Shown here piece after piece: positions 8,961 to 16,852 of a stretch of 33,037 nt of DNA. The notes under the pieces are model-generated. The model saw only the letters and a list, made by a program, of their open reading frames with translations, made no database searches and had not been told where the DNA came from. A program made the position numbers and the translations under genes. The stretch's first letter is position 1; the number at the start of each line of letters is the position of its first letter. Source of the DNA: Bacteroidota bacterium (GTDB lineage Bacteria; Bacteroidota; Ignavibacteria; Kapaibacteriales; UBA2268); NCBI GenBank assembly GCA_035451765.1, contig DAOTPH010000001.1:1-33037 (forward strand). Direction: 5' to 3'.

Positions 8961-10559
8961 ATGAAAAATATAAAACATATAATAATATTAATTTTATTTA
9001 TATCAAGTAATTTTATTTTTTCGCAAACCACTCCAGCTCCGACACAGCAGCCACCTTTGGAATTGCCAACCTTTATAATTGAAGGGACGGCGCAACTGGA
9101 TGTCAAAGCAGGTATGAAACAATTTCCTCAACCACCAATAGCTTTAACAAGCAATGAATTGGATTCTCTTAATCCATTAGAAAAGCAAAGTTCATTATTA
9201 ATCCCCGCTCAGCCATTACCAAAAAGTTTAATAATGCCACAGTTTCCAAAAGGATTTCTTCAAGCTCAATTTGGATTATATTCAACTGCAAATATCCTTG
9301 CAGGATATGGAATGCGATGGAAGGGCTATGAATTATATGGACGTGCGGGTGCTGACTTTTCATCGGGGGATTTAAAAAATTCTGATTTCAGACGGTTCTT
9401 TTTTAATGCAAATTCTGATTATATTGCTCCTGATATTTTCTGGATATTTGGGGGAAGTAGAACACGTACTTGTGTCAATCTTGGTTATAATGATTATAAA
9501 CTTTATGGAATTCTATCGGCACCACAGCGGTCATCATATAATGCAGGCATTGATTTAGTTAGCGATGGAAACTTTGAGGGATATAATTTTTCGACAGGTG
9601 CGCGCTTATACACAATTCAAATAGATGACAAGCAATCTACAGCATTTGAAAATAGAATTGAGGGGTTTTTGGATGTTAGTACTTATTTCGACAATTTCAA
9701 GTTAGGTGGGAATATTGATTTAAATTTCGGAAATGTCAATACGCATTCTATGAATTTTTACGAAATTGCAGCAAATGGTGGAATGTATTATAACCTATTG
9801 AGCATCGAAGGAGAGGTTGGATTTCAAAATACTTCTAATACATTAAAATCGAGTCAATCTTCCTTAATGCTGAATGCACATTTAAATTTTTTGCCAAGCG
9901 AAAATTTAACACTCCAAGTACAATTTTTCACAGGGTTTGAGAAGCAATATTTTAGCCAATTTATGAAGCAAAATCCTTATTTCAATGTTCATTCAGATAT
10001 AATCTATCCAAAGGCAAATGGAATACTGAAAGCAATTATACAATATCATCCTGATGCACAAAAGGGAGCAAGCATTGGAGGTTCGGCATCCTTTTATGAA
10101 GATTATCCTTATTTCAATTCTGATTCTATTAATCAAATTGATTTAATTAATGAAAAAGCAAATTTATTCAAAATAAACGGAGAGGGTTTTTGGGAGATTA
10201 CGAAAAGGGATAAAATTTCTGCGGATTTTATTTTTAATTTATCTTTCCTAAATTTTGAAAACAACTCAATCCCATATTTGCCAATGATTGAATTTGGAAC
10301 AAATTACAGTAGAAAATGGTTTGACAAGATTGGCACAAATATTGCATTAATCTATAATTCTAAACGTTTTACAAATAGAGAAAACACTATTGAAATTGAC
10401 CCGTATTTCAATTTGAAGATAGGAATTGATTATGAAATATTTAAGAACTTAAAAGCATTCGCAGAGATGCAAAACTTAACAAACTCAAATAATTTTGTAT
10501 GGCAGGGTTATCGAGAGCGTGGAATTTTTGGAACAATTGGTGTTAATTGGAAATTTTAA
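8961..10559 (+). CDS. Outer-membrane beta-barrel protein with TonB-dependent-receptor-like C terminus (532 aa)
   Basis: GGTGAGGA Shine-Dalgarno lies just before the ATG. Signal peptide MKNIKHIIILILFISSNFIFSQ. Alternating amphipathic strands run throughout. The C terminus AEMQNLTNSNNFVWQGYRERGIFGTIGVNWKF has the NL..(x)..GY..G...F spacing and terminal Phe typical of TBDR/OMP last strands. It starts 4 nt after the TPR gene. Confidence 0.6.
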   Translation: MKNIKHIIILILFISSNFIFSQTTPAPTQQPPLELPTFIIEGTAQLDVKAGMKQFPQPPIALTSNELDSLNPLEKQSSLLIPAQPLPKSLIMPQFPKGFLQAQFGLYSTANILAGYGMRWKGYELYGRAGADFSSGDLKNSDFRRFFFNANSDYIAPDIFWIFGGSRTRTCVNLGYNDYKLYGILSAPQRSSYNAGIDLVSDGNFEGYNFSTGARLYTIQIDDKQSTAFENRIEGFLDVSTYFDNFKLGGNIDLNFGNVNTHSMNFYEIAANGGMYYNLLSIEGEVGFQNTSNTLKSSQSSLMLNAHLNFLPSENLTLQVQFFTGFEKQYFSQFMKQNPYFNVHSDIIYPKANGILKAIIQYHPDAQKGASIGGSASFYEDYPYFNSDSINQIDLINEKANLFKINGEGFWEITKRDKISADFIFNLSFLNFENNSIPYLPMIEFGTNYSRKWFDKIGTNIALIYNSKRFTNRENTIEIDPYFNLKIGIDYEIFKNLKAFAEMQNLTNSNNFVWQGYRERGIFGTIGVNWKF

Positions 10560-11881
10560 TGGATGAATTGGAAAAAAATATTAATGAACAGAGAGAAAAT
10601 CAACCTACACAATTAAATGTAGGCGATGAAGATACATTTTTACTAAATCAAATGCAATCTTATCCTGAAAAGTTTCCAATTTTTACGGCGGAAAATATAC
10701 AAGAAGAAACAGAATCTGATAAGAATGAAACTTCCGATAATATAAATGACAATGAGGAACAACAATCAAGTATTTGGGAAAATTATAATAATATTGAACC
10801 CGAAGCTGAGGAAGTCCTCAAAAATGAAGATATTCAAGAGCCAGCCGTTATACAAGAACCAAAAAACGAGGATTTTGAACTAGATGAAGATTTCAAAAAA
10901 TTCTTGAGTGAAGAACTTGAACGCAGTGCAAAAAAGAAAGAAACAAAGGAACAACCGCCTGAACCCATAGAATTTGTTCCTGTAGAAGAAAAAGGTAAAT
11001 ATGAATTAATTGATTTAGATAAATTTGCTAATCTCGAAGAAGAGGAGCCAAAACAAAAGAAAAAAGAAAAAAAATCTAACAAAAAGAATGAATTAAATGA
11101 CATTGAGCAAAAAGGACAAAATGAAGAAAAACAAAGTGAAATCGAAGAAGACAATAAAACAAAGAAACGCCGAATTCCTTTGTGGGTAATTATTTCTTCA
11201 GCTGCTATAGTACTTTTGGCAATTGCTACCCTATTTAGTTATAATTCATTCAAGAAAAAACAAATCGGTCAAATTTCCAAAAAAGTAAATAAAATCGAAC
11301 AGACAAAACCAAAGAGAGAAGATCAGAATGCATCTCAACCTGTGTTAAAAGATACTAGCCAATTTACTAAAAAAGAAGAAACAATACTTGATACATTGAA
11401 GGATAGGATTAAAACAAATTTAGCTCCAATTCCAGAAAAGACAAAGAAGAAGAATGAACTTACTAATTCTAAACCAAATATTAAAGAAAAGAGTATCATT
11501 CAACAAAAGCCAATAAATAACATAAATAATATAGTAGAAAAGCCTAAGAAAGAAACAAAACAAACCCATATCAAATCAGAAAAAACTATACTAGCGGAAA
11601 ATCGTCAAAATAATAAAGAATCAAATTTGCAAGCGGTTGCAAATACAGAAAAAACTGTATATACAATACAAGTATATTCAACACCATCAAGAGATGATGC
11701 TGAGATATGGAAGAAAAAATTAGAAAGTTTAAATATACCAAAAGCATATATAAGCGAGCAAAAGATAAGAGATATAATATGGTACAGAGTAAGATTTGGG
11801 GAATTTTCAACCAAAGAAGCGGCAATTCAAGCAGCAAAACAACTTGGATTTAGCCAAATGTGGATTGATAGAGTTAAATAG
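10559..11881 (+). CDS. Bitopic SPOR-domain protein (FtsN/DedD-like architecture) with a long acidic cytoplasmic region
   Basis: Start moved to ATG 10559, which overlaps the barrel gene TAA by 1 nt (TAATG); the track start at 10547 is TTG. About 205 aa are D/E-rich and K-rich (KQKKKEKKSNKKNE). One TM helix (IPLWVIISSAAIVLLAIATLFSY) is followed by a K/T/P/N linker. C-terminal SPOR-like domain: YTIQVYSTPSRDDAEIWKKKLESLNIPKAYI...WYRVRFGEFSTKEAAIQAAKQL. Confidence 0.75.
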   Translation: MDELEKNINEQRENQPTQLNVGDEDTFLLNQMQSYPEKFPIFTAENIQEETESDKNETSDNINDNEEQQSSIWENYNNIEPEAEEVLKNEDIQEPAVIQEPKNEDFELDEDFKKFLSEELERSAKKKETKEQPPEPIEFVPVEEKGKYELIDLDKFANLEEEEPKQKKKEKKSNKKNELNDIEQKGQNEEKQSEIEEDNKTKKRRIPLWVIISSAAIVLLAIATLFSYNSFKKKQIGQISKKVNKIEQTKPKREDQNASQPVLKDTSQFTKKEETILDTLKDRIKTNLAPIPEKTKKKNELTNSKPNIKEKSIIQQKPINNINNIVEKPKKETKQTHIKSEKTILAENRQNNKESNLQAVANTEKTVYTIQVYSTPSRDDAEIWKKKLESLNIPKAYISEQKIRDIIWYRVRFGEFSTKEAAIQAAKQLGFSQMWIDRVK

Positions 11882-11888
11882 GGAAAAA

Positions 11889-12659
11889 ATGAATTATAAC
11901 AAAATTGATAATAAAGAATTTTTCAACATTAGAATTCCGTGGGATAGAAATACTTACTTGGGATTTATAATATCAGTAATAATATGCTCAATATTTATTT
12001 TCCTTACTTCTTTTTTCAATATGAAACAACCAACATTATACGAACCGAAAAGTAATGTTATTCCAATTGAATTATTAAGTTTCGGAGAAGGGGATGGAAC
12101 GGGTGTGAGTAAGGGCAATTTGACTGCTGAAGGGGAGGCACATAAAGGTTTATTACCAGCAAATCAGTTAGAAGATGCAAAAATCGCATCAAATGGTAAA
12201 ATATCAGCAACAACAAAATTGAACCCTGAGGACGCAAATGTAATTCCATCCAAGAATTTATCAATTGCTGCTAAATCCGACCCCAATGCAAGCGGAAGCG
12301 ATAGAGAAAATATTGGTAATCCAAAAGGGAGTGAACAAGGTAGAGGATTGGGCGATAAAGGATACGGAGCGGGATTAGGTATGGGACTTGGCGATATTGA
12401 ATGGGGTGGCGGGGGTAATCGAATTGTTTTACAAAAGAAAATACCTGTTTATCCTCCAGGAGTTAATACATCAGGAACAATAAGAATCAAATTTACTGTT
12501 TTACCTGATGGAACAGTCGATAAAATGATACCATTGGAAAAGGCTGACCCAAGATTGGAACGAGCAGCAATGGATGCTCTGAGGCAATGGCGTTTCAATC
12601 CCATCAAAGAGAATATCGTAATGGAAGGTATTATCACTATGGCATTTAAATTAAGATAA
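11889..12659 (+). CDS. TonB/TolA-type C-terminal domain protein with N-terminal TM anchor and Gly-rich linker
   Basis: Start moved to ATG 11889 (MNYNKIDNKEFF...), 7 nt after the SPOR gene stop. The track's 11796 start would overlap the SPOR gene by 86 nt. TM helix LGFIISVIICSIFIFLTSFF. Linker GRGLGDKGYGAGLGMGLGDIEWGGGGN. TonB_C-like end: PVYPPGVNTSGTIRIKFTVLPDGTVDKMIPLEKADPRLERAAMDALRQWRFNPI. Confidence 0.75.
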   Translation: MNYNKIDNKEFFNIRIPWDRNTYLGFIISVIICSIFIFLTSFFNMKQPTLYEPKSNVIPIELLSFGEGDGTGVSKGNLTAEGEAHKGLLPANQLEDAKIASNGKISATTKLNPEDANVIPSKNLSIAAKSDPNASGSDRENIGNPKGSEQGRGLGDKGYGAGLGMGLGDIEWGGGGNRIVLQKKIPVYPPGVNTSGTIRIKFTVLPDGTVDKMIPLEKADPRLERAAMDALRQWRFNPIKENIVMEGIITMAFKLR

Positions 12660-12664
12660 ATAAA

Positions 12665-12841
12665 TTGGAAAGCATAATTAACTTTTTGGCAACAGTCCCT
12701 CTATGGGGAAAAATATTATGCTTATTATTATTTATAAGTCTTTTTTATTCAGTTATTAAAAAATTATTAAAAATAGCAATAATGAGTGGAACATTCATAA
12801 TATTATTGCTAGTTATTATAAAATTGCTTAATGGAGTATAA
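12665..12841 (+). CDS. Possible small two-helix membrane protein (58 codons, below the ORF-track cutoff)
   Basis: Hand translation of this frame gives LESIINFLATVPLWGKILCLLLFISLFYSVIKKLLKIAIMSGTFIILLLVIIKLLNGV, ending at TAA 12839-12841. It fills the gap between the TonB-like stop (12659) and the ugd ATG (12845) almost exactly. A stop-free run this long is unlikely by chance in such AT-rich DNA. The start is uncertain: TTG 12665 or TTG 12686, with no clear SD and no N-terminal ATG. Confidence 0.35.
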   Translation: MESIINFLATVPLWGKILCLLLFISLFYSVIKKLLKIAIMSGTFIILLLVIIKLLNGV

Positions 12842-12844
12842 CAA

Positions 12845-14176
12845 ATGGCATTTAAAATTTCTGTCGTAGGGACAGGATATGTTGGAATTGTATCGGGAAC
12901 AACTTTTGCTGCACACGGCAATAGTGTGATTTGCGTTGATATTGATGAACAGAAAGTTCAAAAGATGCGTGAGGGAATTCCTCCAATTTATGAGCCAGGA
13001 TTAGAGTGGCTTTTAAAAAATAATATTGAAGGGAAAAGATTGTTTTTCACTACGAAATTAAAAGAAGCAGTAGAAAATACTGATATAATTTTTCTTTGCT
13101 TGCCAACACCACCTGATAAAGATGGGGCAGCAGATTTGCAAAATGTATTAGCTACATCAAAAGAAATTGCTGAGATTATAAGGGATAATAATCTATCACA
13201 AAATAAAATTATAGTAGATAAAAGCACTGTACCAGTAGGAACGGGTGAAAAGGTCAAAAAGATATTTGATGAAATTTTGCCCAATAATGAGATAGAAGTT
13301 GTAAGTAATCCTGAATTTTTAAGTGAGGGAACTGCTGTTGAAGAAGCTATGAAACCTGATAGAGTAGTAATTGGTACAAATAGTCAGCGTGTACGTGATA
13401 TTATGAAAGAATTGTATGAACCATTTTTGCGAAGTGGAAATCCTTTATTATTTATGGACATTCGTTCAGCAGAAATCACCAAATATGCAGCAAATTCAAT
13501 GTTAGCTTTAAGAATATCATTTATGAATGAACTTGCCCGATATTGTGATAATGTTGAAGCTGATATAGATTTAATTCGTCTTGGAATAGGTTTAGACCCC
13601 CGGATTGGGAAAAGATATTTATATGCGGGGCTTGGATATGGGGGTAGTTGTTTACCTAAAGATGTCAAAGCATTAATTCATTCAGCAAATGAAGCTAACA
13701 CACCAATTCAACTTGTCCAAACTGCATTTATAATTAATGAAACGCAAGTACATTACTTTTTCTCAAAAATCACAAATAGATTTGGAAGTTTAAATGATTT
13801 GCATTTTGCAGTGTGGGGACTTTCATTCAAGCCCAATACAGATGATATAAGGGAATCACCTGCATTAAGAATAATTGATTTGTTATTATCAGAAGGAGCA
13901 ACTGTATCGGTTTATGATCCTCAAGCAATTGAAAAAACAAGAGAGCTATACACAGATAGAATTAATTATGGCAAAGACCAATATGAAATACTTGCTCAAG
14001 CTGATGCTTTGATTCTTGCAACAGAATGGAGTATTTTCCGAAAGCCAGAGTTTGATAAAGTGAAGCAAGAATTAAAAAATCCAATAATTTTCGACGGCAG
14101 AAATCAATATGATCCTGATGAAATGCAAAATTTAGGATTTGAATATTACCCAATTGGAAGGAAGCGTATAATTTAA
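12845..14176 (+). CDS. ugd: UDP-glucose 6-dehydrogenase
   Basis: Rossmann N terminus ISVVGTGYVGIVSG, IYEPGLEWLL, and the catalytic Cys motif GGSCLPKD. Length 443 aa. GGAG lies 9 nt before the ATG. Confidence 0.9.
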   Translation: MAFKISVVGTGYVGIVSGTTFAAHGNSVICVDIDEQKVQKMREGIPPIYEPGLEWLLKNNIEGKRLFFTTKLKEAVENTDIIFLCLPTPPDKDGAADLQNVLATSKEIAEIIRDNNLSQNKIIVDKSTVPVGTGEKVKKIFDEILPNNEIEVVSNPEFLSEGTAVEEAMKPDRVVIGTNSQRVRDIMKELYEPFLRSGNPLLFMDIRSAEITKYAANSMLALRISFMNELARYCDNVEADIDLIRLGIGLDPRIGKRYLYAGLGYGGSCLPKDVKALIHSANEANTPIQLVQTAFIINETQVHYFFSKITNRFGSLNDLHFAVWGLSFKPNTDDIRESPALRIIDLLLSEGATVSVYDPQAIEKTRELYTDRINYGKDQYEILAQADALILATEWSIFRKPEFDKVKQELKNPIIFDGRNQYDPDEMQNLGFEYYPIGRKRII

Positions 14177-14236
14177 AATAAAGCCTATATCAAATCAATT
14201 TTGTAATTTGTAATTAATTAATATTAACATTTAATT

Positions 14237-15301
14237 ATGGAACTAAATTTTCAAGTTGATAGTTCAAATATGAGGCAAGTCCTTGCAGATTATCATTTTC
14301 AGGTAAGAGAATCCATAGCCCAAATCAAGCAATTGCCAAAATTTGCCGATAGTAGTAAAATAAATAAGATATTTATTCTGGGTATGGGTGGTTCGGCAAT
14401 TAGCGGGGACCTTGCGAATTCTATAATCAAGAACATATTCCCCGAGATTGATATTCCCATTTTTATTATTCGTGAATATGATATACCAAATTTTTTAGAC
14501 AATTGTAGCTTAGTGATTGCGATATCGTATTCAGGCAATACTGAGGAGACATTATCGGCATTTGAATATTCAAGGAAGCGAACAAATCATTTGCTTGGCA
14601 TAGCAAGTGGAGGCACATTAGAGAATTTATGTAAAACCAATAATATCCCATTCATTCAAATACCATCGGGATATCAGCCGCGAGCAGCTTTAGGATATTT
14701 ATTTTTTAATCTTTTAAATTTTCTACTTTTAAATTTTTGCAAAATTTGTACACTATCTCGAACAACAATTGAAGAACAAATAATTGCTGATTTATTAGAA
14801 GAAAAAAGTAAAATATATTCACAATTAACTGATGATAATCCAGCGCTGAATACAGCCAAAAAAATTTATGGAAAAATTCCAATAATTTATTCATCTTCGA
14901 ACGTATTAAATATTGTCAATATTCGATTTAGGGGACAAATTCAAGAAAATGCAAAATATCTTGCATTTGGGAATCTTATTCCAGAAATGAACCATAATGA
15001 AATTAATTCATGGAAATTTCCCAAAGAATTTCTTGAAAATTTCTTTATCATTTATTTACTTGATAAATCTGACCATCCTCAAGTACAAAAAAGAATATTT
15101 GCTACAAAGGATATAATTGATAAATCTAATCCGAATTCGATTATTTTGCAAAGCAATGAAGATTCTCTATTTTCAAGGATATTTGATCTGATATATTTAG
15201 GCGATTGGACAAGTTATTATCTTGCAATTTTAAACAATCAAGACCCGACACCAGTACCTGTGATTACAGAATTCAAAAAAATCATCGCAACAAATAATTG
15301 A
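14237..15301 (+). CDS. Bifunctional phosphoglucose/phosphomannose isomerase family protein (SIS domain)
   Basis: SIS motif ILGMGGSAISGDL, ISYSGNTEETL and a C-terminal region typical of the PGI/PMI family (EMNHNEINSW). Length 354 aa. Confidence 0.7.
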   Translation: MELNFQVDSSNMRQVLADYHFQVRESIAQIKQLPKFADSSKINKIFILGMGGSAISGDLANSIIKNIFPEIDIPIFIIREYDIPNFLDNCSLVIAISYSGNTEETLSAFEYSRKRTNHLLGIASGGTLENLCKTNNIPFIQIPSGYQPRAALGYLFFNLLNFLLLNFCKICTLSRTTIEEQIIADLLEEKSKIYSQLTDDNPALNTAKKIYGKIPIIYSSSNVLNIVNIRFRGQIQENAKYLAFGNLIPEMNHNEINSWKFPKEFLENFFIIYLLDKSDHPQVQKRIFATKDIIDKSNPNSIILQSNEDSLFSRIFDLIYLGDWTSYYLAILNNQDPTPVPVITEFKKIIATNN

Positions 15302-15308
15302 TTGCTAT

Positions 15309-16442
15309 ATGGAAAGAGTCGCAATTATTATGGCGGGAGGTTCCGGCAACCGCTTTTGGCCATTGAGCAAAATTAATCGACCAAAACAATTAATACAATT
15401 TAAAGAAAATTCCCCGACTTTGCTTGAGGAAGCAATCGATAGAGCATTGCTTGTTTTTAAGCCTGAGAATGTTTATATCATTACTAATCAATATATGCTT
15501 GATGCAATACACAAAGTAATAATAAAAATTCCACCTGAAAATATCATTGCTGAACCTGCAAAACGAAATACAGCCCCCAGCCTCACATTAATGTCAGCAA
15601 TATTATCGGTTCGGTATAAATTAAAAGGAATTCCAGAATCAAATATATCTATTGGTGTGCTAACAGCAGACCAAAAAATTTTCCCTAATGATGCATTTGC
15701 CCGTTCTATTGAAGCATTGCTGAGATATGTGGAATTTAATCCAGTACTGGCGACTATTGGAATAAGACCAAACAGGCCTGAAACAGGTTATGGATATATT
15801 GAGATACAAGATGAATTTGAAGATTCTACCTCCAGCATTCAAATTAAGCCACTTAAGTCATTTCATGAAAAGCCAACATTAGATGTTGCGCAAAGATATT
15901 ATCTACAAAACAGATTTTTATGGAATTCAGGAATGTTTTTCTGGCGCTTAGATGTGTTTATAGAAAATATGAAAAAATACACTCCTGAAATTGGAAATAA
16001 TATTCAAAAATTGGAGGAATTTCTTAGGGAAAATCCTTATGAAATTGATTTGACTAGGAATAAACAAGTTCTTGAACTTTATGCAAGCCTTCCTGATATT
16101 TCAATTGATTATGCCCTAATGGAGAAAGCAGAGCGGGTTGTAGTCGAGCGTGCAATATTTACATGGGAAGATGTAGGAACTTATGACGCACTGCCACGGA
16201 TTTATTCTGTGGATAACTCAAATAATTATCTAAATGGTAATATTGAAACTATTGATACAAAGAATTCAATCATTATTAATCAAAATAATCTAAATGATTT
16301 TCTTATTGCAACACTTGGAATAGATAATTTGGTAGTAAGTGCCACAGAGGATGCGTTATTAGTATGTCCAAAAGATAGGGTCCAAGAAATCAAAAGAATA
16401 GTAGAAAAATTAACAAAAGAAGGGAAGACAAAATATTTATAA
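15309..16442 (+). CDS. manC: Mannose-1-phosphate guanylyltransferase (nucleotidyltransferase domain only, no cupin PMI domain)
   Basis: N terminus AIIMAGGSGNRFWPLS...RPKQL, then GYGYIE, FHEKP, LWNSGMFFW. At 377 aa it is too short to include the C-terminal type II PMI cupin. Confidence 0.85.
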   Translation: MERVAIIMAGGSGNRFWPLSKINRPKQLIQFKENSPTLLEEAIDRALLVFKPENVYIITNQYMLDAIHKVIIKIPPENIIAEPAKRNTAPSLTLMSAILSVRYKLKGIPESNISIGVLTADQKIFPNDAFARSIEALLRYVEFNPVLATIGIRPNRPETGYGYIEIQDEFEDSTSSIQIKPLKSFHEKPTLDVAQRYYLQNRFLWNSGMFFWRLDVFIENMKKYTPEIGNNIQKLEEFLRENPYEIDLTRNKQVLELYASLPDISIDYALMEKAERVVVERAIFTWEDVGTYDALPRIYSVDNSNNYLNGNIETIDTKNSIIINQNNLNDFLIATLGIDNLVVSATEDALLVCPKDRVQEIKRIVEKLTKEGKTKYL

Positions 16443-16613
16443 TCAATTAGATGGGATTATTTAAATTTAGAGAAACAAAATTATAATTTATAAATATATT
16501 AATAAGTTAAATTGATAATAATTAATAATAATTAATCTATTATTTTCTAAAATTTCCTTAATTTGTGAATACTTAATAAATCAAATAATAAATTTCAAAA
16601 ACAGAGGTAAATT

Positions 16614-16838
16614 ATGGCAAAAGCCTTAGGGGAAATAATAATAAATAAAGATTTATGCAAGGGATGCGAATTATGTGTCGATGCGTGTCCTGAGAAAACA
16701 CTTGCTTTATCTCCCCGAATAAATTCAAAGGGATATAATTATGTAATAAAAGTACAGGATAATTGTACAGGATGTATGAATTGCGCATTGATATGTCCAG
16801 ATTCAATATTCACAGTTTATAGAAAAATTGTACGATAA
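16614..16838 (+). CDS. korD: 2-oxoacid:ferredoxin oxidoreductase delta subunit (2x[4Fe-4S] ferredoxin)
   Basis: Two CxxCxxCxxxCP motifs (CKGCELCVDACP, CTGCMNCALICP). GAGG SD lies 6 nt before the ATG. It is first gene of a four-gene operon. Confidence 0.85.
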   Translation: MAKALGEIIINKDLCKGCELCVDACPEKTLALSPRINSKGYNYVIKVQDNCTGCMNCALICPDSIFTVYRKIVR

Positions 16839-16852
16839 ACAGAGGAAAAAAA

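Noticed and set aside
10834-11154. 106-aa Ser/Phe-rich minus-strand ORF
   Set aside because: It is antisense to the acidic and lysine-rich part of the SPOR gene (GAA/AAA codons read backwards as TTC/TTT). This is a compositional artefact.
16443-16613. 171-nt AT-rich leader before korD, considered as a riboswitch or small RNA
   Set aside because: I could find no G/C-supported helices or conserved riboswitch cores. It looks like plain promoter and UTR DNA with a near-consensus TTAATTTG box and a GAGG SD.
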